A stretch of 60,378 bases of DNA, counting the filler, from Sphacelaria rigidula (lineage: Eukaryota): assembly GCA_964200075.2 (NCBI GenBank). It is 9 parts of 9 records of this genome, joined end to end, with 100 filler letters (N's around TTAATTAATTAA, not from the genome) between each part and the next. Parts side by side here need not be neighbours in the genome. Positions count along the whole stretch, not along the records: positions 6,721 to 13,340 come from CAXNAA020019012.1; positions 13,441 to 20,060 come from CAXNAA020019013.1; positions 20,161 to 26,780 come from CAXNAA020019014.1; 6 more parts are not named here. One strand, written 5' to 3'. The notes under the pieces are model-generated. The model saw only the letters and a list, made by a program, of their open reading frames with translations, was not told the origin of the DNA and ran no database searches. Of this stretch, positions 11,906-25,153 are shown one piece after another. Position numbers and translations under genes: made by a program. How positions within the stretch are numbered: the stretch's first letter is position 1; every line of letters begins with the position of its first letter.

Positions 11906-13440
11906 TTTACTTCTTCCCCGACTTAAAACGGGTCCTCAGTGTTTGCCAGGTGCCGATCTTGAACGTCCGGCCATAATCACGCTTCGCGCAAATGATTTTA
12001 TTCATTACAAAATCATTCTCAAGTATGGGCCCTGTGCCCGAAACTACTGTCTCGAGGTGAGGCTTGCAGCTACAGGGTCAACTCCTCTTTTGATGACAGC
12101 ATTAGCTCCCAGCTTAGGGCGTATTTTGGCACTTTTTTTTTCGGTCGAAAAAGTGCGGTCGATTTTTTTTTGCCGATTTGATAGGTCCACCGCATTTATG
12201 TTCCCAGAAGGGTTCAACTCAACATGATAATTGGGGGCGTGCGGAGAAGAATTACTCGAGGTAAAAAACAATCGTTTTCGATCGAAAACGTGCGGTCGAA
12301 AGGCACGAAGCGGCTCTTGACTCCTATCTTGCAGACCACCACGCCAGATAACACCTGTTCACAGGACCATGCAAACCCCATCCAACTCATTCTCAGCTAC
12401 CACCGCAACCCTGCAGCATAGAGCAGGAGTTGAGCCCAGGGATACATACACTGCACTAGTTGGGTGTGCTTTGTTCATTTTTGTTGGCGAAAACTTGCGC
12501 ATCTTCTCTCATGGTATGGATCAGCGACGGAACTGCGTGGTACTGTGGGCAACCGAGTTGCGTGCACGCTCATGGGCAATGCAGTACAAAGCTGCACGTT
12601 GCTGAAGTCCTCTTCACGTCGCATTGTAAGCAGAGAGAACTGATAGTCCTGTATTGTCTGCACTGCACGTTACCCGGTTCTCTTCCTAATCTTCCTGAAC
12701 GAAACGCGCACACACGCACCCAAGACACTGCTTGAAAGCAGTGTAGACAGTACAGACTCTCTGTACTGTACACGAGTGACCATGTGCCGTTTCACGAATT
12801 TCACTGTTTTTTTTCGATCGAAAGCTTGAAAATCCATCTCTACCCAACTGCATCAAAACGAGAAAATTTCGCTCTAATCGATTCCACCGCCCCATTTTCG
12901 ATGAAAAAAAAGGTTCCAAGACCGACTCTAATTGGAACCGTTCAAAATTTCTGTTCAAAACTGCCCTTTTGACCCTTCTTCGTAATTTCACGCCTGAAAA
13001 GAGGACTAGGCGGATGTTGGCGCCTTGGAACGACTTGCTCTACTCAGTGAGATCGTTCCAGGGCAACTTTGCATTTCCCGCTGGCCGCACTTTTATTTTT
13101 GGCCAAAGACGAATTTTCAATGCAAAACGGTCAAGCGATGAAAAAACAGGGGGACATTTTGATCAACTAGTCATTTTTTACTCAGAAGTCCGTGTTTGGT
13201 CTGATTTGGCCGAAAACAAAAGTGCGGCCAGCCGGAAATGCAAAGGTGCCTTAGAACGGTCTCAACGAGTAGAGCAAGTCATTCAACATTCCACGGTTAG
13301 GACAAATCATCACGACTCAAAATCACCAAATTCACGATTTNNNNNNNNNNNNNNNNNNNNNNNNNNNNNNNNNNNNNNNNNNNNTTAATTAATTAANNNN
13401 NNNNNNNNNNNNNNNNNNNNNNNNNNNNNNNNNNNNNNNN

Positions 13441-13752
13441 GTACTCATTTGTTGCTTGCCTTAGTCGTTCGACCAGTGACCACGCATCTTTCGAGATGGA
13501 GCACCGTTCCTACTCCTAATAGAGGCACCTCCAACATTCTGGCGCTCATTACGTTTCTTCAAAAGCTCACTTTACGTTTCTGCCATACATTACACAAAAA
13601 CCTTTTACATATCTTATCCCCGTCCTCTTTCGCCGTCCGTGACCACCATCCATCTCCTAGTATAGCCATCGTTTTCTCCCTAATCTCTAATGCATCAAAC
13701 GATTTCATGCTACCTTTGTTCACGTCTCGCATTTCCCCCTCTAGCACGTAGC
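13441..13752 (-). mobile_element. LINE 3' fragment (ORF2 C-terminus and 3' end)
   Basis: Reads ...EKTMAILGDGWWSRTAKEDGDKICKRFLCNVWQKR... and shares its terminal sequence (GGTC...CGACTAAGGCAAGCAACAAATGAGTAC) with four other loci. Confidence 0.7.
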
Positions 13753-14108
13753 ACGTTTCGGGGGTGGGGGCTATCGTAGAAAGTGTCATCCTTTTTTTCA
13801 ATTGTGATGTCGCAGTTCTCCACAAGAAATATCAAAGCACAAGTACCAAAACTGGACTCGTAAATGACGTTCAAATACTAGTCCGAATGTCGACCGGCCC
13901 AGGTTTCAAATCTCTCATCTTCACCTCGAATTCGAGAGTTGAACCTTTAAACTTGGTATGGAGAATCAACAGGGCATGATGAAAAACACCTTATGGGGCG
14001 TTGAGATGTTTCATAACCGACGTAAGTTTTCGTGAAAAATGGCTATCATTTGTTTTGCCTCTAACTTGTGGAAACAAATCTCACTGTTCCAAATACTTTT
14101 TTCTACTA

Positions 14109-15232
14109 CAGGCTGGTTCAGGGTGAACGGCCGGAAGGTACTCCCGAGCGATTGATCACGCCGTGTTTTGGAATTAGAGTCCGACACTTTGCACACGGGT
14201 GCTCTGAGATATTTAGAAGGACTGTATGAAGGGAGTTTTCGAGAGTTTTTCCTTCGCCAGATATCCGGGGTCCCAGGAGGGGGGGACTCCCCCCCTCCTG
14301 AGACCCCGGAATTCTGGCGCATGAAAGAAAATCGAAACACTCATGTAGCCCTTCTAAATATCTGGGAGCACCCATGTGATGCAAAATGTGACAGTCTGAC
14401 TCCAAAAAACGGCGTGAGCAATTGGCTGTGTTTGCTTTGAGGTATACAGGTGTAGGCGGAACCCCCTGACGACTCGGATATAGTCTGCCACCGACGTTTT
14501 CCTTGTGCGCTTGAGCTTATTTTGACCGTTCGGGATCGACTTTTTGAGTTACGCAATGAAACTGTGTACAGACATAACTTGGACTATATCGGGACGAGTC
14601 AAAATTCCATTTTTTAAAAAGCAATATGTCCTGCCTTCTAGACGTCTTCACGTTGGGACCCCCGGAAGCTGGCAGAGAGTGAACAAACTTTGAAATCTTC
14701 TCCAACGTTTGTTTTTCCATTCGTAGCACCCACATCTACCAAACTGCCCAAGTTTGAGGATGATCGGAGCTCTTCTACCGAAGTTACAAGGGAAAACTTC
14801 GAGAGCCTTTCGGGTCTTACATGCATATCGTCGGTGGAAATCCGACGGCGTCAGAACCCCACACCACCGAAATGCCACGTTTCGGGACATAACTAGATCC
14901 CATACAGACCGTTTTCAAATATGTATTTTTGCGTTAGATTTCGTAGCTGATGGTGATTGCTACGTTGGATTCGTGATGAGATTGGGGACAAATTGAGTCG
15001 GAAATTCGCAATTTTGTGATCCGAACAGTTTGAAGGCCGCTGACTGGCCTTGTTGCATTTTCATTGATAGCGCCACGCCAAAGGACGCAGGAAAAAATAT
15101 GACCATTTCACGCTGTTAGCTTGCTCGTGGGGGCCACGATGATCACAAAATATATTCGCATCGGGTCAGTTTTGCGTTCTGTACAGTATTTTGTGGGGAA
15201 TAATGTTTCGGCATTCACCTCGAACCAGCCTG
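14109..15232. mobile_element. Non-autonomous Tc1/mariner-like element
   Basis: TA|CAGGCTGGTTCAGGGTGAA...TTCACCTCGAACCAGCCTG|TA: a ~27-bp imperfect TIR with a TA duplication. Confidence 0.8.
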
Positions 15233-16329
15233 TATGCCCTCTTGATTCTACGTACAAAATGTTTTCAAAGTCCAACCCTCAAAATTGAGATGAGAATGAG
15301 CCTGCAACCTACGGATCCGCAGCTAGGCTGGCCCAGGTGGTACAATCTTCCCTTTGCTCATAAACACTAGCGACGCCACCCAGTTGTTCTTCTCCTCGTG
15401 ATTCTGCTTTGTTTTTCCAGCTTGTTTCTTATTTCCCTTGCTTCGTAGGCCATTCCTCATTCCTCTGTTTCCCTTTGTGGTTTCTTCGAGTCGTATAGGT
15501 GCCCGTGTCTTCCTGCTGGAGAGGTTGAGACCGAGAGATCTTACTCTCGTAGTGCAGCCTCCAGATCGCGAAGTCGCGATCTGCCTTCACGACCTTTTTA
15601 TTTTAGTAAGCCATTGCTTTTAGTAGGCCTTGCTCACCCGACGATTTGGTGAGAAATATATCGGCGACTTTCTCGTGATTTGTACTTCATTTTAGCTCAC
15701 CGTCGTTTCTCAGCTTGTTGCAGTTTTTTAATCCAGCCGTATGTTTCCTTCATATTCCTCTTGAATTAGTTCTCCTTGGAGGGAGTTTTCGTGAACTTTT
15801 ATCGGATATTTGAAGCCTATGTTGTAACCCATGGCTAGCTATTGCGGCGGAACACGCGATGCACGGTCATCAAACAATCGATCAAAGCGTGGTTCGTCTT
15901 GAAACCGCATGTACGCCAGCACAGCTTGTACAATTACGGCCAAACGGGAAACTCGATCAATGAATCACGTACATACCATCATTGCTGCGCTCTTGCCGTC
16001 ACACACACTTCCGCCACCTCCCTGTGGTCTGCCATTACAACGTAAGCTAGTGAACCGAGGCGTCATTTTCTGGGCCCTTTGTCAGGAATGGTCTCTCATG
16101 AAGCGTGTGAGACTCATGATAGAGAAGGAATGGGATACCTGAAGAGCATATTACACGATACAAAAGTCCGAAACATCGACGGGTATCGTTTTCCTTCATT
16201 TCACTGCGAATCTTAGGCCTACTCTCGAGCCGTGAACCACCACATGCATTTCATACTTCGCCGTCGTCATCACCGCGCCGTTGTGCTCGTCGTGTGGACT
16301 GCCCATGTTTCCCCGCACCGGGAATACAG

Positions 16330-16579
16330 CAACATCCGCAAGGCTATGGTTGAGCTCATGACAGCTTCCATGGCAACGCAACAGCAACAGCAACAGCCAC
16401 GACCCTCCCGACGTGGCAGCGCGTCGTCAGATATACCCCGAGGGGCAGCAGCAACGGACTCCTCTGAGGGTGTGGTTGGGCCAGGCCAACGCGCGCGGGG
16501 TGTCGACGATGTATCCACTTGCATGTTCTGGAGTGCGGTTGCTACGGGGGCGTTGGTCCGGGGTCGATCTCTTGATTCG
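16330..16579 (+). CDS. Internal exon of a brown-algal family protein, probably the middle region of Zn2Cys6-type transcription factors
   Basis: Acceptor AG at 16328-16329 and donor GTACGT at 16580. It reads (S)NIRKAMVELM...QQQQQQ...DVSTCMFWSAVATGALVRGRSLDS and joins in phase with 18029-18105. Confidence 0.65.
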
Positions 16580-18028
16580 GTACGTTTCTGCATACCGCCT
16601 CCCCCGTGAGCTCAAACGATACATGAATTCTTGGTCGGGTAGTTTTGGTGGGCTGGGATCCCGCCAGTGGACTGGTTGCCCTTATGGGTTGCGTTGTCCG
16701 GAACTCGTCGGCGCGAGTGGGCATTGTATACCCTGGATCGATTCTGTGTTTGTAGAGCGATATGCACTACTTATACCATCAAGTTAATGCGAATACCTGG
16801 CAAGGCGTGGATTATGAAAGTGTATACTACACTGGCCATGCGCCTCCGTTGCGCGCGCATCACGCCCGGCGACCGACTGTATCACGCGGATCGTCCGCGC
16901 AAACAACGCACTGACGGTACGTGCTGGGCCAACTTTCAAGAACGGATTTGAGCTCCCACAGCCACCTCAGCGGCACAGACGAGTTGGGCCGTGATCTGCA
17001 TACCTTAGTAATCGTCTGATCAAGGGGAAGATACCCATCTGCTCAAAAAGCCTGGACCATATATTCCTAGTCGATTGAACGTCATGTAGAGTGATTCCTA
17101 CACCGTACGGAGTTGACGCCCATACCATAGTCTACATGAGATTATGTATATACAGTGGATGATGATAGGTTTTTAGTGCGAACATTCCCTGGAGCACGGG
17201 GAGACGGCCGATACTCTCACGTTAACCTAGTTCGTCATCTATCTATACTAGGGATATGATGCCCATGAGGTTATATTCTACACTCAATATATTACGAGCA
17301 GAGGCACTGTGTATCGCGCCTGTCTTGAGAGTTAATCTTTGAAAAGCGGTGTGAAGTATCACAAGGGCAAAATGAAAACGAACGAGTAGGACCATGGAAA
17401 TTATTTTCGTGATTTGAGGGCGTTCTTGGCCCTTCGCTTGGTTTCTTAGCTCCGTGTTGGGATCGATTGTACTTTGAAACATACTGCATATAAAACATAC
17501 TGGGCCTTTATATTTTTGTTTGTGCGTTACGGCCGTTCTCGTCAAGAAGGTCCTTACTACACTGCAACATCCTTAATTCACGAAGGGAAAAAAAAACCTC
17601 AACTTTTATCATAATGCCCTTGCAGTTCTCCATACACGAGAAAACGAAGCACACGTGTCAAAAACTGAACTGGTAATTTTCCTACAAAATACTACTCTGA
17701 ATATCGTCCGTCTCAAGCTGTGCGTCTGAGAAATCACTGCGGCAAGATGAAAAGTATTGGGACATTAAGTTTTTTTTCATGAGATTGCGTTTTTTTTTTA
17801 AATCTGGATTTTATTTCTTGTCCTTGACTGATGAAAAGAAGAAAAATCTCAATGTCCCATTTTTGTTTTGCTATACCCTAGCGACTCTCCATACCATATG
17901 CGAAAGTGCAACTCTCGAAATTGTCGTGAGACTTTGCCTGTAACCTACGGATACGCTTCTACGCTGGCCCAGCTCGTGGCTCACCTTTCCACTAAGTGTT
18001 GAATTTCCGCCCGTTGAACGCGCAAAAG

Positions 18029-18105
18029 GTTCGTGGGTATGTTCGGCTGGCGGAGGAAGCATCGGAGCGAAACGTTACTGGCCGACTCACGTTAGAGATG
18101 TCCAG
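18029..18105 (+). CDS. Next exon of the same gene
   Basis: AAAAG|GTT...TCCAG|GTAACG. Encodes VRGYVRLAEEASERNVTGRLTLEMS(R). Phase 0 in and phase 2 out, matching both neighbouring exons. Confidence 0.6.
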
Positions 18106-18703
18106 GTAACGGAGTCCACATCAGCACCAGGAAGCAGATAGCCCCATTCCAATTCCTACACTTTAAACGAGCGCATTATGGTTCTGTTCCGTGAACGACT
18201 GGAGATCCTTGGTGGAGATTGGTTTCATGTTGGTGTTAGCATCACTCGTGAAAATCAGACCAGAAACAAAAAAGGGAAGAAGCTTCAAGGCAGTCGCTAT
18301 AAACTACCGGTTCGGGGAACGGAAGAATCACTCCGTGACGCCCGCCTTCTTCGGGTTCTCGACAGTGACGGTTAATTTTAGGGGAAATCCATTGCCATTC
18401 GGTCGACCAGTGGATACTACTCCGCCATCCTTGACGTACTACAGTATTCCCACGGCTCACCGATTTTGTAGGTCACCAAAGATATACTGTAGAATTATTA
18501 ATTGTATTTTCAAGCGATCGTTCACAGTGCCCTGAGGTGTCGACCGAACCAGTAATGGTGCGTGTTATTCTACTGCTTTTGACCGGTATCGGTAGCTGCT
18601 AGGATCACCCCGCAGTTCAGCACAACCCCTTTGTTTCTTCGACCGCGACAGCTACCCTTGTACTGATCTCCTTGCATCCCTCCTGCCCCCATCTCCACGA
18701 CAG

Positions 18704-18749
18704 GGCGTCGGCTATGATGGCGTATCTCTACAGTGCTCTAGGGGATCAC
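18704..18749 (+). CDS. Third exon of the same gene
   Basis: Pyrimidine tract plus CAG|G and a canonical GTGAGT donor at 18750. Encodes (R)ASAMMAYLYSALGDH and completes the split AG|G codon. Confidence 0.6.
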
Positions 18750-18954
18750 GTGAGTCCCATCATTTGTTTTTTTTCTTTGGCACGACCGCTGACCAAGATG
18801 TTGTTTCCCGAATGACCTCGTGATACCAAGAACTGTGTCGCGGACGTCGGTAGCCGTTGGATCAGGTGCACAAAGTGTGCTGCTACGCTTCAGTGGAGAG
18901 CCCGACATAAGGTCGATCTTTTTTTTGGCCAAACGAATGAATGTTTTTTTTTAT

Positions 18955-18990
18955 CTTGATGGATTGTCGCACTTTAACTGACCCCCCCCC
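18955..18990 (-). repeat. 3' end of a retroposon family with an (AATC)n tail; also ~57017-57052(-) and ~50038-50070(+)
   Basis: GGGGGTCAGTT(A/G)AAGTGCGACAATC(AATC)n recurs on three contigs. Confidence 0.55.
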
Positions 18991-21507
18991 CAGGGATCCA
19001 GGTCTCGAAAGGGATGCGTGGTCAATGATCGAGCGACTAAGGCAAGCAACAAATGAGTACGCCCCCCCAGGGATCCAACCGTGTTCACATGATGAACGTA
19101 CCCAAGACAAAACCCGATTTTTCGTATCCGCACCACTTTCGGCGGATACACAACTGGTTTTTCTGTTGCGTCACCGAACCGGCCTAAACCCGGATTAATG
19201 CTCATGAGCGCATATTTCAATTGAAACCACACGTGCTTTTTCAGTGCCAGGCTGTCTTACGGGTACCCTCTGTCTGGAGGGGTGGGCATGGGTTGCAAGG
19301 GACATGACTTGCTTGGCGGGATGAGTGCTAGGAGCCCAATAGTGAAACATCAAGCCTTCCAACTTGCACCTATTTAGCGAAAAGGCACAGTGGCTGTTGC
19401 TGGAAGGAGGACCTCTCAGGATGCGTTAGTTTACCGTCTGGTGTTTCAGAGTGGGGACGATGTGGCTCCCATGTTGGGGTCCGTGCCCCGTGACGCACGG
19501 GACTGGCGCGGTTTCTGTGAACTTCGTTCGGTGCTGGAGAGGGAAGGGCACGCTGCACCTCATCTTCCGTATCATTTTTTTTCCTTCCGACATCGTAGCG
19601 TTTTCAGGGACGAAAGTAATATATTTCAGAAATGATAACCATGCGGGATTGCGTCCGAGGGGAAGCGAGCTCCGCTCTCCGACCTGACTGTTTTTCAGTG
19701 GCACCATTGCACGGCAGTGTTCATCCCGAGCGGAGCAGTCATGTACAGCATGAAGGGTAGCTCATCGGGGGAGTGAGACTGGCGTGACTATATTCAGCTT
19801 CTTTCTCCGATGTGTTGCCGGTTTTATCATGCCGCAAATTGAACGGGGTGTGTACGTGTTGTACGTCCGTCAAATGTTTCCTCCAGCGGGTATTTGTCAC
19901 CCCTCTCCTACCCTCTCTGCCCCCTTCGAGCTTTGTAGGAGTGCTGCCGTCACCTGCTTGTTACGCGCTGGCTGGTTCAACGTAGAGATATCATGCTTAT
20001 AGAACCCCGGCCCCCCCCCCGCCCCCCCGCCGCGCCTCGGGCTGGCGCCCCTGGGGTGCGNNNNNNNNNNNNNNNNNNNNNNNNNNNNNNNNNNNNNNNN
20101 NNNNTTAATTAATTAANNNNNNNNNNNNNNNNNNNNNNNNNNNNNNNNNNNNNNNNNNNNTATCTGGCGAAGGGATAGGGCCCCCACACGATCTCTGCAG
20201 TGGCATCACACTCGCCAACAACCCCCGCGATGGTCGTTCGGGTCTGGTCGATAAATGTCGCCTCGCCGTGATTGGGCAGGTCGCTTCCTGACTTATTTTT
20301 AATTACTTCACGAACACAGGGTCAACCCTGTGTTAGTGGGGTGTCGGTCCCAAAAGGGTTAATTTCCTTCTACCTTCCTTTTCTCGCTTCTCTCGTGCGT
20401 TTTTGTTTCTTTGCACAGTTTCGGCACGGTGTCGTAAGATCTGTCAAGAAAGAAACAGAGGCAGGCCTCGGCCGAGACATTTTGACGAGATGATATGGAC
20501 TGTCTCCGTTGCACCGGGGGCAGCTACCGTCAAGCCAAGCGAGTGGCTGTCAGTCGTTACCCTGGGGAGAATCGCGCGCCGGTTATCAGCTTTGGCTTGG
20601 ACCGTTACCGCAACCCGCAATCTCTCAAGAGGTTGTTGGTGGCCAATGACGCATTTCATCGCCTGGCTTGTTCTTTTTTTTTTGTGGCTGGGGGCAATGT
20701 TGTTGGCTGTTTTATCCCCTCCACCCTGCTCATCCTCATGGTATGTTTTTTCTGTCGTTCCGTGCAACCGCGGACATGTCTACCCTCGCAAACAAGTACT
20801 TCGTGGTATGTTTTCATGTATATAGGGGGAGAAGTCGTACTCGCGTGTGGTGATTTGGCGTACTGTACGCTAGCGTGTTGTGTGCGTGGTGAACCGTCTT
20901 GGTTTCGATGTCTTTTGTCACATACCGCTACGGCCGGATTTTAGCGCATGCGCGCACACACACACAAACTAGAAGAGAAACGGAGGGAGGGCGGGGCATG
21001 CTCCCCGCAATTGTATGCCCTTGTCCAGGAATAGCTGCGTAGCTGCTCTCAGTGGGTACCATACAGTAATGTGAGAGCGCTTTCGGTTTGTTTGGAGCTT
21101 TTGTCGCTTGTTGGCTACGGACCGCTTTTGCTGAAGTGCCGGCCGTTCTCCTATTCTTGTGCAGCAGTGATTGTCGCTGCTGGTATCGTTGCATGTATTG
21201 GGGGAGTGCTTTTACTGAACGGTATTTTGCTCGACGTGTACCGTGCTGTACTGTATGTAGCTGTGACGGGGAAAAGACGACACACACACGCGCGCCGTTT
21301 TCCCTAATATTTGAAGAAGTCGTGATGGAATTAACCCTTTGGGAATCCAGTGACGAGTTTTGTTTCTGTGAATCGGCATCATTTCGGCTTGGAAAATGAC
21401 TGGACAAGGAGCTTCTGTCGCTTGTTGGCTATGGACCACTTTCGCTGAAGTGCCGGCCTATCCAATTTTTGTGCAGCGGTGGTTGTCGCTGCTGGTATGA
21501 TTGCATT

Positions 21508-21760
21508 CAGGGGGCCCCATATCGGGAAATGGCTGCACCACCGCCCCCCAGGCCGCGAAAACCTCATTTTGGGGTTGAAGGAGGTGGGCAGGGGGAGAGA
21601 CCCGATTCTATGGGGGTGGGGGGGTATCCCCTGATCGCTGGATATGGCGATAGTAGTTTCTGTACTGCACCGTACGTGTTTTAATCTCACGCTAATTACA
21701 TTAGATTACTTGGACTTAGTACATGCGGTGGTGCAGCCATTTCCCGATATGGGGCCCCTG
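21508..21760. mobile_element. hAT-type MITE (253 bp)
   Basis: Near-perfect ~36-bp TIR CAGGGG(G)CCCCATATCGGGAAATGGCTGCACCACCGC. 8-bp TSD ATTGCATT/GTTGCATT. An empty-site paralog is visible at ~21180-21235. Confidence 0.88.
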
Positions 21761-23323
21761 GTTGCATTCTTTGGGGGAGTACTTACACTGAATGGTATTT
21801 TGCCGATTCCCAACAACTGTCGTGACTGGGTTTTCAAAGAGTTCACAAAAATGATTGACCCGACGATAGTTCGTTCGGGCTGAGTAGCGTTTCGTGATGG
21901 ACGGTGTCCGTTTCGTAACATTGTTTCTGTCCAAGAAGAAAAAAAAAGAGGAAAAAATGTATCGCTGAAACGTTTTCGGCAACGACATTGACGGTCTCCC
22001 CTAATAAGTAAGGTAGGCTTCAGACGAGTATTCGACATGCTGGTCATGATATAGTGTACGTGCCAAATACGAGAAGGCCATTGATTGCCGTCAGCTGACA
22101 AAACCGAGAATTGTCGATCAAATCATTTTTTTTTATCGTGGTCGCCATTTATGTCTCCGCGACCATATCGGAAAATGGGGGATGGGGTGTCACTTTTTAT
22201 TTCCGTTCTCTCTTCTACTCGCGATCGTTTTAGGTGCTTGCTTATGAAATCAAAGAGTTGAGAAAGCTTTTGATATTCATCGTGCGGGGGGGAGTCGGAG
22301 TCGGGTCCTGGCCTGCGAGACTTGATTTGAGCCCTGATTCATTTCACTTTTGTCCTACCCAATCCCTTCCCTATGCAGGGGGAGGGGGAGGGGGGGTGCT
22401 GCTGTCGAGTTTGATGCAGTGCGGGGGGAAAGCAGAAGTAACCGGTCGTATTTTTATGTGTCCTGGTAGTATCCGTTGGTGCGTGGGTCGATTCATTGAG
22501 AGGGGGGCAGGGGGGAGTTGAATACGAATAATTATCGTCCGCTTTTGTGGTGTAGAAATCGCTCGCGTGTGGTGTGGTGTGTTGTGTTGTTATTTGTTTT
22601 GTTTTGGGGCGTTTTCATGTCGTGTTGTTTGTATATGAGTGTTCTTGAAAGGCTTGATTAATAAGAGCCCACGCCAATGTGTTGTGTAGTGAGCACGATA
22701 CTGAGTACACGCTACACACATACCCGAGAATGGATGACGGTCTTCTGCTTTTTGTGGCGTTCGGTTTTGGAGACCCTACAAGCAAGGGCCAGAGGCCGAA
22801 TCAGATGATGAGGGGCGGCGGGGCGGGGAGGAGACAGGGGAGAGCAACAGGCAGCGACATAATGAGTTTTGTTTGTAGGGAGAGGGGTTTTTGTTCAGGG
22901 GCCGCAATTGACGAGAGCAGACGGGGTCATTGTTCTTCGCCATGCCTGTTGTGCTGAAAATGGGATGCACAGCTTTCCGAGAAGGAAAATAAGGAAGGCC
23001 ACGTGTACGTATAACATGTTTTCGTGGGATTGAGAGTATAGGATACGATTGAGCGTCAAAAGCGGTCAATCATATCATGAATTGTTTCAGTTCCGAAATG
23101 CCCCTCCACGAGGCCCGATATGCTTTCTGTAGTAGCTTGCCACTGAGGCCCTTGATATCCCCGAGTAGGATATCGACGTGTAGCTGTAAGCTCACGCCAG
23201 TGAAGGAGGCAAGAAGAGCACACGGAATGAAAAATTGGCTGAGTTGACGCGAATAATCAAAGCCACTCTCAACCAGCGCTCTACTCTCACTCTCACGAAA
23301 ACGTTGCTGTATATACATGTAAT

Positions 23324-25150
23324 TGTGGAGGATACCTCTTTGCAGTGACATCTCAGAGACTGATGCCACACATGTATGCAGACCCAGCGCAAGCAGGGTC
23401 AAGGTAGGATTGGTCCGGAACGACCAGATTACCGAGGACCCTGTAATGCCGATGTACCTAGACAACTCGGGGTGATGCCAGAAAGAGCCTAGTATTAGGA
23501 CGGTTCAACATCCCCCGAGTTCCTGGTCGCCTCTGGCGACCAATTCTCGTTTGACCCCACCCCTTGCCTACATATACAATAGGAAATCATCGCCAGCCTC
23601 GGAATTCCTTCGGCATCAGGACGGCAGTCTTCCCCCGTAGGTCTCTGACTACTCTAGCGATACGCCTTCCTCACACTGGCGACACCAAAACAGAACTCAA
23701 ACAAGACAGGCCTTAAAAGTAAAAAATTGGAGCGAGAACCGACTGCTCCCCAACACAGGAAATACTAGGGTTCCCTAAGGAACACTACTCCAGGCGAAAC
23801 GTATGGGTCATGTGCTTAATTATTCGAGTTGGGTGGCTATTGGAGTCATGTGTTTGGGTCAACGCGAAATTAGTCCCCTCCATGTGCATTTATATGTCAC
23901 CCGCATGACTAATCAAAGAGCGAAGCGCGAGTTTACACTCCTCAGGGTGCAGTATATGTCACCTGTGCGGCTAGTCAAACAACGAAAACGCGAAATTAGT
24001 CTATTCAGTGGGCATTATGTGTCACCAGAACGACTGATTAAACAGCGAATCCACAATCAACCAACTTTCCACCACCATCGCGCGAAAGGCACGGCAATAA
24101 ATCAAGCAGGTCGACCTCTGGAAACGCGGTGACTAGAAATAGTATCAACAAATAAGTTACCCAACCTGCGAATGCACGACCTTGTCATTCCCTACCAAGT
24201 AGAGAGCGAAAGAAAGAGGTGTATTGGATGGTCTTACCGCATCCCAACCCACAAGCTGAGGGTGGAGGCTCTCATCATATACATTCTCCGCCGTACCCCA
24301 ATGAATCGGTAACGTTACATTCCGCGCGGACAATTTTTCAACCGGTAGCCAGAAAAACGGCGATGTTATAAACAGGAGCTGTTGATTCCAAATCGAAATA
24401 CCAGTCTCCCCTTTTCAACCCGATCTCGGACGTTCACTGTTATGACTCATACAACGCATCATCACCCGGCAGGTATACAGATGCGCCCCTAGCGCTATCC
24501 TGTGCATCGGCCCGCGTTAGAGTCGCAGCCAGAGTAAACGGTACCCTCGCTAAAAAAATCACAATCGATTCCGCAGCAGACGTACCGTGAATCAGCAAAA
24601 TTTCATCGATGAACATGTCGCAATCATGGCAGCTGATATGAAGCCAGTACCGCCGGGATCTATCGATCTCAGCACAACCGGCTCACCCATGAAAAAAAAT
24701 CCTGGGGTTCATTCGTTTGGAACTTACTTTGGAGATAAAAATCCCATCAGGAGAGGCGTTTGTATGACCTAACCTGGAACTTCACGATGAGTGCTTTCCA
24801 AGCTATACTCGACTGGCAAGCGGAAGAGTTGACATTCCGTGACTCCGGTATAAAAACCAAAGCATCGCATCGAAAACAACAGCGTTCACAAAATGCAACA
24901 CACCCCAAAACGACGCATTGTTCTATAGTCAGAGTGAACTATTCAAACGCTGTTCCAGTTTTCTCACGGAGAAATGCAATGTGCCTCCACAGAGTGAGAT
25001 GGCAGTGTTAGTTGAACGGAAAATACCCCGTCAACAACAACAGCAGCAGCTGTCGTAGAGTCACGCATAATAACCGAAGAAAATATTCGATCGCCCGATA
25101 TGTACCCCGAGCGTTCACGCGCATCATGGTCGCAAGACAAATAAAACGGA
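23324..25150 (+). mobile_element. Degenerate LTR retrotransposon (Ty3/gypsy-like): 5' LTR 23324-23675, PBS-like TGGCGAC at 23677, protease relic ~24490-24850
   Basis: LTR ends TGTGGAGGA...TCCTCACA. The relic frame reads VRVAARVNGTLAKKITIDSAADVP* (retropepsin D-S-G/A-A-like), followed by stops and frameshifts. Confidence 0.65.
23862..24050. repeat. ~61-bp tandem repeat (x3) in the retroelement leader
   Basis: CGCGAAATTAGTC...ATATGTCACC...ACTAATCAAA recurs three times. Confidence 0.7.
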
Positions 25151-25153
25151 ATG

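Noticed and set aside
20444..20767. Minus-strand ORF as an exon
   Set aside because: No recognisable motif and no phase-compatible partner exon.
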